DNA of 64,000 nucleotides from Planctomycetia bacterium (lineage in GTDB: Bacteria > Planctomycetota > Planctomycetia > Pirellulales > UBA1268), in contig JAIOPD010000095.1 in the NCBI GenBank assembly GCA_021414115.1, forward strand, positions 21,989-85,988, written 5' to 3'. The position numbers and the translations under genes were made by a program. Below are positions 50,304 to 58,554 of this stretch, piece after piece; position 1 is the stretch's first letter; each line of letters begins with the position of its first letter. The notes under the pieces are model-generated. The model saw only the letters and a list, made by a program, of their open reading frames with translations. It had not been told where the DNA came from and searched no databases.

Positions 50304-51440
50304 ATGGCTCTTTTCGCAAACCTGTTTGTTGTCTTCGCCTTAATCGTGGCGATGTCGTCAAAGGCTTGCTCTACTCCCATTGAGTTTTCGCAAGGCGGAA
50401 TGACTTTCGTGGAGGTGGGCGACCCTGGCAACGCCAACACCCAATACGGCAATTATTATGGTGCTGTCAACTACTCATTCGGCATAGGCAAATACGAGGT
50501 GACGATCGAGCAATACTGCGAGTTCTTGAATGCAGTAGCCAAGTCCGACCAATATGGCCTTTACGATGCTCGGATGGGGACAAATCTGAATGTCGCTGGC
50601 ATCAGTCGGTCAGGATCGTCGGGAGCGTACGCCTTTAGCGTGATGGACAACGGGGGCAACAGTGGTAACCGTCCGATCAGCTATATGTCGGCGTTGACGG
50701 CGATGCGTTACGCCAACTGGATGAGCAATGGCAAAGGCTCAGGTAGCACCGAGACGGGAGCCTATACCCTTAACGGCCAGACAAGCGGACTGTTGCCCGA
50801 CCGAAATCCCAACGCTGGCTTCTATGTCCCAACCGAGAATGAGTGGTACAAGTCTGCCTATTACGATCCGATGATTAACAATGGGGCGGGTGGATATCAC
50901 AACTTCGCAACCCAGGGTTTCCAGCTTGGAAATATCATTGGTAGCGAGCCGAATCAGGCAAATGTTGCAATCGCGTTCTTTCCGCCTTTGGAGGGAGGTG
51001 GCGGTTCTACTGGATATTTTGGCGTATTGTCCGTCACCCAGGTGGCGACATATGACGCCAACCAGAACTACCTGACCGATGTCGGGGCGTTTGGTGGGAG
51101 TCCGAGTTTCTACGGCACATTTGATCAGGATGGGAATGTTTCCGAGTTGTCGTTAGTGCCAGGAGCGGGGATAGTCGTCTTGCGTGGACTGTCTTGGAAC
51201 CAAGCCAACGACCATGGTGGACCGCGGTTGGCGATGTATTCCTACAGCCGTGAAAGTTGGTCTGGATTCGGTAGTAATGGGGGTTTTGATATCACGCCCG
51301 ATGCGTTTCCACCCCTAATCCCTTCTGGCTTCCGCCTCACCTACATCCAGCCCGTTCCCGAGCCGTCGTCTGTGGTGCTAGCGGGGGTAGGTGTGTGCTT
51401 CGGCATCGTGTGGCACCTTCGTCGTCGCGGAGTTGCGTGA
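50304..51440 (+). CDS. FGE-sulfatase-fold (SUMF1-like) protein with PEP-CTERM sorting signal
   Basis: VGDPGN, IGKYEVT..QY..FLN, PTENEWYKSAY, GTFDQDGNVSE, GFR, VPEPSS-TM-RRR. Confidence 0.88.
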   Translation: MALFANLFVVFALIVAMSSKACSTPIEFSQGGMTFVEVGDPGNANTQYGNYYGAVNYSFGIGKYEVTIEQYCEFLNAVAKSDQYGLYDARMGTNLNVAGISRSGSSGAYAFSVMDNGGNSGNRPISYMSALTAMRYANWMSNGKGSGSTETGAYTLNGQTSGLLPDRNPNAGFYVPTENEWYKSAYYDPMINNGAGGYHNFATQGFQLGNIIGSEPNQANVAIAFFPPLEGGGGSTGYFGVLSVTQVATYDANQNYLTDVGAFGGSPSFYGTFDQDGNVSELSLVPGAGIVVLRGLSWNQANDHGGPRLAMYSYSRESWSGFGSNGGFDITPDAFPPLIPSGFRLTYIQPVPEPSSVVLAGVGVCFGIVWHLRRRGVA

Positions 51441-51453
51441 CCTGTTTGGTTGC

Positions 51454-51588
51454 TCACCCCCCAATCGCCTTGAAGGTGACCCACCAGATGAAACAGAAAA
51501 TGGCTACGCCCATGCAGAATCCGAGAAGTGGCGGGTAGACAAGGCATCCAATCGTCACGACGCCGAAATAGATCGCCCATGGCTTCAT
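51454..51588 (-). CDS. Small hydrophobic membrane peptide (44 aa)
   Basis: MKPWAIYFGVVTIGCLVYPPLLGFCMGVAIFCFIWWVTFKAIGG; GAGGAG upstream. Confidence 0.55.
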   Translation of the reverse strand: MKPWAIYFGVVTIGCLVYPPLLGFCMGVAIFCFIWWVTFKAIGG

Positions 51589-51625
51589 TGTTTGCGACTC
51601 TCCTCAAGCCAGCCCAAGTCCTTCT

Positions 51626-51778
51626 TCATTGCATGTTCCCGCAGATCACGGTGGCGACAAGAAGAAGGAAAAGCATGAAGGGCATGCTGAACGGCACGGC
51701 ACCGAGCAAGGCGAGGAGAAGTGTCAGGACGACACCGAAGATCGCGATGCCCGCGAGATCCTGAAATTCAATGAACAT
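51626..51778 (-). CDS. Small hydrophobic membrane peptide (50 aa)
   Basis: MFIEFQDLAGIAIFGVVLTLLLALLGAVPFSMPFMLFLLLVATVICGNMQ; shares a leader with the 49824-49970 ORF. Confidence 0.55.
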   Translation of the reverse strand: MFIEFQDLAGIAIFGVVLTLLLALLGAVPFSMPFMLFLLLVATVICGNMQ

Positions 51779-51902
51779 GGCGGTGCCTACGGGATTTCCC
51801 AAAGGAACCAGCCATCGGGCGATGGAGGACGAAAAGCCTGTTGCGGGACGGGGGGAGTTGCTACCCTATTGGGTTAGTCCATGGCCCCTCAAAGGAGTCC
51901 CG

Positions 51903-52676
51903 ATGAAACGCCTCATTCTTGCTCTAGTTGCTGTGTGCCTTTGCCACCAGGCACCAGCCCAAGACCCCGCCCTGCAAGGGGTTCCCACCTCGTTGCTTCG
52001 GGTTTTTGAAAAAGCAGAGTCAGACATCCGTCGCAACCGCGAGGAGTACGAAAAGGCGAACGATAAAACCCTTGCCGAGTTCAACAAGACGGTGAAGAAA
52101 GAAGTGGATCGCCTCTCCAAGGCGGGAAAGCCCGAAGAGGCTTTGGCCCTCAAGGATTCTGCGGAAGCGTGGTTTCAGCAGGCTATGGGAGGATCCGCTC
52201 CAGATGCGGTTCCGCAGGTGCCCACAGATCAGGGCGATAAAAGGAAGAACCCGAATGGGCGAGTTTGCCTGGTGGACATTAAGCCACTGACAACAGAAGG
52301 CGTGTTTGTCGTAGAGGAACAGCACGAAGGGAAACGCCCACTAATTAACGGGCAACCGACTACGGAGCCTTTTATTTTCACCACTGCCCCATCCAAACTT
52401 GCTTGGGAAGTGCCAGATGGAAAGAAGGTGTTTCGTGCCTATGCGTACTACCTTGCGTGTCCACAGTGCGAAGAGGGACGCACGGCGGTGATGGAAGTGC
52501 ATGCTGACGGGAAACCCATTGCGAGATCAGCGGTTATTTCAATTAACAACAGACTTGCCCTCGTGGAAGCAAAAATTCCTCGTGGCACAAAAACTCTCTT
52601 GTTAGTGACCGATCCGAATGGAGATTCGGTTTATGATAATTGTTTGTGGGTGAACCCAAGTTTCTTTGACCGTTAG
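51903..52676 (+). CDS. Secreted protein, coiled coil plus NPCBM/NEW2-like domain
   Basis: AAGGAG RBS, signal peptide, APS...VHADGK...L.LVTDP.GD..YD..W.NP. Confidence 0.6.
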   Translation: MKRLILALVAVCLCHQAPAQDPALQGVPTSLLRVFEKAESDIRRNREEYEKANDKTLAEFNKTVKKEVDRLSKAGKPEEALALKDSAEAWFQQAMGGSAPDAVPQVPTDQGDKRKNPNGRVCLVDIKPLTTEGVFVVEEQHEGKRPLINGQPTTEPFIFTTAPSKLAWEVPDGKKVFRAYAYYLACPQCEEGRTAVMEVHADGKPIARSAVISINNRLALVEAKIPRGTKTLLLVTDPNGDSVYDNCLWVNPSFFDR

Positions 52677-52870
52677 CCCTTCGGCTCACACCGCCCCACG
52701 ATCTTCCAAAACTCTTTGTGGTGATCGGGATAGAGAGTGTCGCGATAGATTTCCGCACAGCACTCAAATCCACCTGGATCGTCCGATAGATCGTCCTTCA
52801 CGACGATCATGACGACGCTGAACTCATTGGCCTGCTTCTGAGCGAGTTCCGTGGCTTCTTTAAGGGTCAT
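52673..52870 (-). CDS. Small hypothetical protein (65 aa)
   Basis: AGGA RBS; leader resembles those of the other small minus-strand ORFs. Confidence 0.55.
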   Translation of the reverse strand: MTLKEATELAQKQANEFSVVMIVVKDDLSDDPGGFECCAEIYRDTLYPDHHKEFWKIVGRCEPKG

Positions 52871-53019
52871 GGCGGTTCCTGCGATAGCGACTCAAGAAAG
52901 ACGCCGTCGGCATGGTGTTAGGGCGAGGAAGATGCCGGAGTACCCTATGAAGGGAGCGAGTGGGTGCTACCAAATAGGGGCTGGCTCCGCATTACTCCCT
53001 CCGCAAAGGAGTCCGAACT

Positions 53020-54477
53020 GTGGTTCGTCTGATTGCCACATGCGTCTTGATCGCCGTCGTCTCGGCTTGCCAGGCTGATGAAGTAGCCAATCCAAAGAAC
53101 GCCCAGGATGTTCTTGCTGTTGAAATAGCAGGCTTTCTTGCACAGCGACCCACGGTCATCTATTGGGTTATTGACGAGTCCGTGAGCATGGTGCCCCAGA
53201 GGAAAGCGATTGCCAAACGGCTGGACAAGATTTGCAACCAACTCAACAACCAACAACTCCGAAGTGTGGTCGTGTCCTTTGGTCAGAGGGTGACTGTCGT
53301 TACTCACTCCCCGACGACGAATCTGACCACGGTAATCAATGCCATAGAGCAGATTCCTGTAGACGACAGTGGCGTTGAAGTGCCATTCAGTGCCATCAAG
53401 CAGGTTGTAGCCCTTGCCACGGGTGTCCAGCCCAAGGGAAATGCGATCATCGTTCTATTCACTGACGAAGTCGGCAACGATGACAGTCTTTCCGAACGCA
53501 CAACCGAGGACTGCCGAAAAGCGAGGATCCCTGTCTATGTCGTCGGAGTTCCCGCTCCATTCGGACGAGACGAGTTGATAGTTGCATGCGATCCGAGGGA
53601 TCAACAGGATGTCGCTTTGGGAGTGGTGAACCGCGGAGCAGAGTCGCGTTTTCCTGAAGCGGTGCATCTCGCAAACGACACTCCGGTTGATTCCGGCTTC
53701 GGTCCATTTCTACTTTCCAAGATCTGTGCGGACACTGGCGGTGCGTATTTCAGAGCAAACACCGCTAACGGAGATGTGTCTGAAGACGAAAATGCTCGGA
53801 AGGAGTACGGACTGAACAAGTTCTTCTCGCCGGAAACGATGAAGCCCTACCGACCGAGTTATGGGTCGCGTGAAGCGAGTGAACGCGAACTTGCGTTAAA
53901 CCGAGCCAAAAGCACGCTCGTAGAGACGTCCAGGTTAGCCATCGCTAGTCCCATCGCTTCACTCCAAATGGTATTTTCCGGCGAGGATTACAGAGTCCGC
54001 AATGAACTCCTCGGGGAAGCCCAGAAGCAGTGTGCAAGAAACCATGCCAAAATAGATGGTCTCTCCGCACGCCTCCATGCCGGGCTACCCGATAGAGCGA
54101 AGGTACAGGAGAAAAGGTGGCAGGCTGGTTATGACCTTGCACTCGGACGGGTGCTTGCCATGAAGGTCAGAGCAGATACTTACAACATGATGCTCGCGTG
54201 GGCGAAGAGCGGGATGCAGTTCAAGGACAAGAACAGCAACACTTGGGAACTTGTGCCAAGCGACAAAACACTACTCGTCGGGAAAACGGCGGAGATCGCA
54301 CGGCAGGCGAAGGCACTTCTAGAGAAGGTCGTGGCGGAGCATCCGGGAACGCCTTGGGCGTACTATGCGTCCGAAGAGCTGAAGACCCCTTTTGGGTACG
54401 AGTGGAATGAGAGGCATAGCGTTGAGGCTCCCAAAGAGACGCCTTCTCCTCCGAAGAGGCAACCGCGGAGGATCTAA
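53020..54477 (+). CDS. vWA-domain protein
   Basis: MIDAS-like DESVSM, FTDEVG.D, DSGFGPF.L, TGG.YF, HPGTPWA. Confidence 0.8.
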   Translation: MVRLIATCVLIAVVSACQADEVANPKNAQDVLAVEIAGFLAQRPTVIYWVIDESVSMVPQRKAIAKRLDKICNQLNNQQLRSVVVSFGQRVTVVTHSPTTNLTTVINAIEQIPVDDSGVEVPFSAIKQVVALATGVQPKGNAIIVLFTDEVGNDDSLSERTTEDCRKARIPVYVVGVPAPFGRDELIVACDPRDQQDVALGVVNRGAESRFPEAVHLANDTPVDSGFGPFLLSKICADTGGAYFRANTANGDVSEDENARKEYGLNKFFSPETMKPYRPSYGSREASERELALNRAKSTLVETSRLAIASPIASLQMVFSGEDYRVRNELLGEAQKQCARNHAKIDGLSARLHAGLPDRAKVQEKRWQAGYDLALGRVLAMKVRADTYNMMLAWAKSGMQFKDKNSNTWELVPSDKTLLVGKTAEIARQAKALLEKVVAEHPGTPWAYYASEELKTPFGYEWNERHSVEAPKETPSPPKRQPRRI

Positions 54478-54506
54478 ACGGTGCCTTCTTTCTCACGACA
54501 GCAGTT

Positions 54507-55442
54507 CTAGTAGTTGATCCTCTCCGACGACTCCGCCAGTTGCCCCGCTGATCGTTTCGTGTAGCGGGCGGTCGTATTCATTGATTCATGCCCCAATAAT
54601 TGAGCCAGCGAGACGAGGTCGTTCGCGTTGTCCGCTAAAAACTTTTTGGCAAAAGTGTGGCGAAGAAGGTGCGGATGGATCTTCACCCCGATCAGTGCGG
54701 AATACTTGTCGCAGAGTTTCCTCACGCCCGTCTCGGTCAATGCTCCACGGCACCCAAGGAAGACCCTGTTGGAGGATGATGGGGGACGGACATCCAGCCA
54801 CGCCTGCATCGCCCGTCGTGCTGGCAGTGGGAGCGGAACCGTTCTCTGCTTTCCGCCTTTTCCGACACGGAAGGTAGCGGAGCCAGATCGCTCGCCGAGA
54901 ACCAGGTCAGAGAGTTCCAACTGAACCAAGTCGCCACACCTGCACCCGCTGTAGAGGAGCAGATGGAAGATCGCATTCGCCCGCACATCGCTCCGTAGTT
55001 CAATCTCCCGAAGGAGCCGACGGACTTCGTGGGCATCAAGACCCTTGGGTGCCAACTCCACGCGACGCAGTTCTTTCACGGGCTTCGCGGGATCCGCTTT
55101 GAGGTCGCCTCTCTCCACGAGCCAGCCGAAGAACCGACGGAGGAGGGTCACGGCTCGGTTCACCGTCGCGACAGCCAAGCCCTTCTCATTCCTCATGTAG
55201 TTCCTAAAGGCGGTGACATCACGCACCGTCACCCGCTCCAGGACGAAGGCTTCACCGTTTCGCTGGTTGAACCAGAGCATGAACCTGCGGAGGTCGTTCG
55301 CAATGGCTTTACGGGTGTTCGGGCGAAAGTCATGCGACTCAAGAAATTGGAGAAACAAGGTTTGCTCCCTCTCTCCAGAGCGGACTCCCTTGAAAGCCTT
55401 ATCGCTCCAAAACCGACGCTCTTCGGGTGTCTTGTAGGACAT
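54507..55442 (-). CDS. Tyrosine recombinase (XerC-like, no obvious arm-binding domain)
   Basis: Catalytic set SGCR, GKGGK, HLLRH, LLGH, TARY; core-binding N-domain with LAVATVNR. Confidence 0.93.
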   Translation of the reverse strand: MSYKTPEERRFWSDKAFKGVRSGEREQTLFLQFLESHDFRPNTRKAIANDLRRFMLWFNQRNGEAFVLERVTVRDVTAFRNYMRNEKGLAVATVNRAVTLLRRFFGWLVERGDLKADPAKPVKELRRVELAPKGLDAHEVRRLLREIELRSDVRANAIFHLLLYSGCRCGDLVQLELSDLVLGERSGSATFRVGKGGKQRTVPLPLPARRAMQAWLDVRPPSSSNRVFLGCRGALTETGVRKLCDKYSALIGVKIHPHLLRHTFAKKFLADNANDLVSLAQLLGHESMNTTARYTKRSAGQLAESSERINY

Positions 55443-55484
55443 CTATAGGACGCCTTTCGTGGTGATCTGGACGGATAATGACAA

Positions 55485-55949
55485 TTACCGCTCCCCGCTA
55501 TCTGGCGAAAACCGACTCTTGATGGACAGGAAGACCTGGGTGATGAGGACTCCTTGATCGGTGGGCAGTTGCCCGTCGGGATAGAGCGTTGCAATGCACT
55601 GCTCTATGTCCTTTCGGTTTGCCTTCTGCAATCCAAGTCCTCTGACCGCATTGAGCAGTTCCGTGTGATCCTGCTTCGGAGCGGATGCGGGCTTTCCCCT
55701 GGGCTTGGCGGGAAGCGATGTCCGTGAGCCAGTTGCCCGAAACAGCATCGGCTTCCCGTTCATGCCCTTGTTGGTTCTGCGGATCTCCACGATCTGCATC
55801 TGTTGCTCACGGTCAAAGTACGGACGCCCATGCTCATCCCGTTTCGGCAACGGAAAAACCGTGCCGAGCAATTGATTGAAACGGCTTCGGCTCATGCGGA
55901 TCAGCCGAGCGGTCTCCGCGATGTTCATCGCTTCACGGTATTCACTCAT
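55485..55949 (-). CDS. HTH DNA-binding protein (AlpA/MerR-like, possible directionality factor)
   Basis: MNIAETARLIRMSRSRFNQL..VFP.P.RD..GRPYF; start overlaps the upstream stop. Confidence 0.75.
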   Translation of the reverse strand: MSEYREAMNIAETARLIRMSRSRFNQLLGTVFPLPKRDEHGRPYFDREQQMQIVEIRRTNKGMNGKPMLFRATGSRTSLPAKPRGKPASAPKQDHTELLNAVRGLGLQKANRKDIEQCIATLYPDGQLPTDQGVLITQVFLSIKSRFSPDSGER

Positions 55950-56889
55950 TCGTCAGCCCTCCCGTGAGATGTTCCTTCCCCTTGGGCGTCAGGTACCGCT
56001 TGCTCTGCTTGCCCTTCTCCATCAGTCCCGAGCGAATGAGGAAAGGCTCAATCACCGTTGTGAGGGTGCGAAGAGGTAGTGAAAGATGGCTCGCCAGCAC
56101 ATTGACAGGCTTCTCGCTCTCAAGGAGCAGGGATAGGTACTTCAGGTCAGTCGCGACATTCAGCCCCAGCGAATCTATTCCCGAAAGCGTGAACGCTTTT
56201 CGCATGTGGACGGGGCGGATCGTGTCCTCACCTTCCGACCTGCTGACCAATCGGCATGACTGCAAAAGGTTGAACGCGATGCGGGGAGTTCCTCTGCTCC
56301 GTCGTGCGATGGGGGCTACGCACCACGGGTCAATGTCCCAGCCAAGACTCTTCGCCCGCACGAAGAGCATTCGTTTCAAATCCTCTTCGCAATAGAACTG
56401 GAAGCGAAGGGTCAGCCGACAGCGGTCACGAAGTGGCTGGAGCATCCCGTACTCTTCCGTCGTCGCGAGCAGAAGCGTGAAGTCCGCCAGCGGAAGGCTC
56501 TGGACGGAGCCACCTGACGACAGGAAAAGCATCTTCTTGTCCAACGCGAGGTAGAGAGCGGTTTGGATCGGGATGGGCAGGGTGTCGCTCTCGTCCACGA
56601 ACACGATGCTCTTTTCCGTCGCACCCAATAGGAGAGCGTTGAGATCCGCAGGGGTGCGGAGGGTTTGACCGAGGACTTCCTTGAACGGGACGCACAGTTC
56701 CGACGCAATCACATTCGCCAATACGGACTTGCCCAAACCAGGGCTTCCGACGAGCGACGCATGCGGAAACCTCTGGCTGTCCTGAAAAGACACATCAAGT
56801 GCGACCTTCACCATTTCGTGCATGGATTTCTGGCTGGCTGACTCCAAGTGCTTGAGGCTGGTCGGCTGGACATCGTTGACTTCGTTCAT
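55942..56889 (-). CDS. RuvB-like AAA+ ATPase paralog
   Basis: GSPGLGKS, FVDE, FTLLLATT, PLRDR, RGTPRIA, D.LGL and EPFL follow RuvB motif order; no ruvA or ruvC nearby. Confidence 0.85.
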   Translation of the reverse strand: MNEVNDVQPTSLKHLESASQKSMHEMVKVALDVSFQDSQRFPHASLVGSPGLGKSVLANVIASELCVPFKEVLGQTLRTPADLNALLLGATEKSIVFVDESDTLPIPIQTALYLALDKKMLFLSSGGSVQSLPLADFTLLLATTEEYGMLQPLRDRCRLTLRFQFYCEEDLKRMLFVRAKSLGWDIDPWCVAPIARRSRGTPRIAFNLLQSCRLVSRSEGEDTIRPVHMRKAFTLSGIDSLGLNVATDLKYLSLLLESEKPVNVLASHLSLPLRTLTTVIEPFLIRSGLMEKGKQSKRYLTPKGKEHLTGGLTNE

Positions 56890-56913
56890 TTGGGGAACCT
56901 TTCAATGGCAAAT

Positions 56914-56971
56914 CGGACGCTTATCGGACGCCTTGCGGACGCTTGCGGGACACCCGCAGAAGTCACAACCG
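56914..56971. promoter_or_regulatory. Phased direct repeats upstream of the ruvB-like operon
   Basis: CGGACGC at 56914, 56925 and 56936 (11 bp period); GTCACAACCG at 56962. Confidence 0.6.
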
Positions 56972-57179
56972 TTTGCCAGGAGAATTTCCGATAAGAATTT
57001 TTCTGCCCTGAAAAACAGGGGTTTCGGCGTTCAATAGCCAAGGCACGGTTGGTCACGGGAGGGAGGGGCTGGGTCGGGTTCTGGGTCGGTTTCCCAAACA
57101 GACCCCCACCCCTGCATCCAAGGACGGAATCAGTTCTCCTTGATGCGAGAAAAATCACCCCCCAGCCCCTAGATAGGGC

Positions 57180-57917
57180 ATGGGTTCATTCACTGATTTC
57201 TTGGTGCCGAGAATGGCGTTGGCGAGGTTGCTTCGCGAGCATTCGGAATATCTTGATCCGAAGACGATAGACGACCTTTTCCACAAGGAAGCCGAAAAAC
57301 GGCTCCCGATGGTTGCGGATCCCGAGGTGCGTGAGGATCTGCTTGCCTTCTTGAAAATGCGACCCACCGCCTACATGGACAAGGCTTTGAGGCGGGCGAA
57401 TATCCCCGAGGCAGACTTGGATGAGGCGATCCAGACCCTCGTGGTGAAGTTCCTCTACTCGCCTGGCTCCCTATTTGGGCGATGGGATGTCCGCTATCCG
57501 TTCACGCCCCGTTTTAAGCTGAGTGTGAAAAATGGAGTCATCACGCTCGCCCAGAAGAGGCAAAGGCGGGCGAAGCGGTTTCAGCAACTACCCGCCGATC
57601 CCGTCGCCAAAAAGCCTGGACTCGCGGATGATCCGATTAGGGATTTCCGCAATTGGATTGAGATGGAATATGGCGAACCTGTCGCCCGTGTGCTGGATCA
57701 GAGGCTCGCGGATAAGGACACGAAGGAATTGATCGGTCAGCCAGGGCTGGAGACGGCCTATGCCGTGAAACAGGCGGTACTGAAGATCAAGGCGGGAGCG
57801 GTTCGCTGGAGCCATTCGCATCCAGATTTTCTCCTCCGCGTGGCTCGGCTCATGGAAAGGGAGGCCGAGACGATGCAGAGGCGATTCGGCGGGAAGGAGT
57901 TGATCGGGGCGGGCTGA
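57180..57917 (+). CDS. Hypothetical protein with weak ECF-sigma-like pattern
   Basis: DLDEAIQTLVVK..F..WD..F..RFKLSVKN resembles region 2; possible C-terminal HTH. Confidence 0.5.
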   Translation: MGSFTDFLVPRMALARLLREHSEYLDPKTIDDLFHKEAEKRLPMVADPEVREDLLAFLKMRPTAYMDKALRRANIPEADLDEAIQTLVVKFLYSPGSLFGRWDVRYPFTPRFKLSVKNGVITLAQKRQRRAKRFQQLPADPVAKKPGLADDPIRDFRNWIEMEYGEPVARVLDQRLADKDTKELIGQPGLETAYAVKQAVLKIKAGAVRWSHSHPDFLLRVARLMEREAETMQRRFGGKELIGAG

Positions 57918-58050
57918 TCGTCCCCCTATCTGGAAGGGTCGCAAACCCTTATTTTATTGGGGTTTGCAGGACACGGACCTCGTTTGGCCGTCCCCCGAGT
58001 AATGCTGTGGGGTTCGCCAACAGTATTCACCCGTCACGAAAGGATAGGCA

Positions 58051-58512
58051 ATGAACCGCGAAGAACTGGCGGAAGAGATTCGGGGAGCAGGTTTTGCGTT
58101 GCGTTACGCCGATGGCCCCGTGATCGGTGGCTCATTGAAGAGCAAGAAGAGTGCCGCCACGCAGTCCACACGACGCAAACTCAAGGAGTCTGATTGGGTA
58201 ATCGTTCGTCGGGCGTCCACTTGCCATACCTGTGGCAGGCGTGCATCCGATACCGACATTGAGTTTGCGGAGAGCATGGCTAGCAACTACCAGGATTTTG
58301 GAAGGCTGATCTGGCTGTGCATCAAGCACACCAGGGGATGCGATTCGGTATCAGGCATAACTGTCTCCGAGGAAGCCACGAAAGCGTTTGCCAAGGCTCG
58401 GAAGAAGTGGGAAAGAAAGACCGCGGAGAAAGCCAAGGAGACAGAGAACAAGGTACAGAAGACGAAGCCAACGAAGTCAGCCGACAAAAAGCGACCTCGT
58501 GACAAGAAATAG
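58051..58512 (+). CDS. Hypothetical protein (CxxC, basic tail)
   Basis: AAGGA RBS, CHTCG and LCIKH motifs, Lys-rich C-terminus. Confidence 0.6.
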   Translation: MNREELAEEIRGAGFALRYADGPVIGGSLKSKKSAATQSTRRKLKESDWVIVRRASTCHTCGRRASDTDIEFAESMASNYQDFGRLIWLCIKHTRGCDSVSGITVSEEATKAFAKARKKWERKTAEKAKETENKVQKTKPTKSADKKRPRDKK

Positions 58513-58554
58513 AAAAGACGGTCGGTCACTCAAGCAGGTTCAGGCCTCCACCAC

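Noticed and set aside
50304-51440. Formylglycine-generating enzyme maturing the nearby sulfatases
   Set aside because: It lacks the catalytic Cys pair after the RGxSW motif and has a PEP-CTERM surface anchor.
54507-55442. Housekeeping xerC/xerD, or the proven integrase of the att array
   Set aside because: Island context argues against housekeeping Xer. It is short, lacks an evident arm-binding domain and is not adjacent to an att, so a role at the array is unproven.
55942-56889. Housekeeping ruvB
   Set aside because: No ruvA/ruvC, divergent Walker B and N-terminus, and it sits in lower-GC mobile DNA; no gene symbol given.
57991-58001. Ninth att core (CCCCGAGTA)
   Set aside because: Only a 9 bp match and no arm repeat at +68; probably chance.
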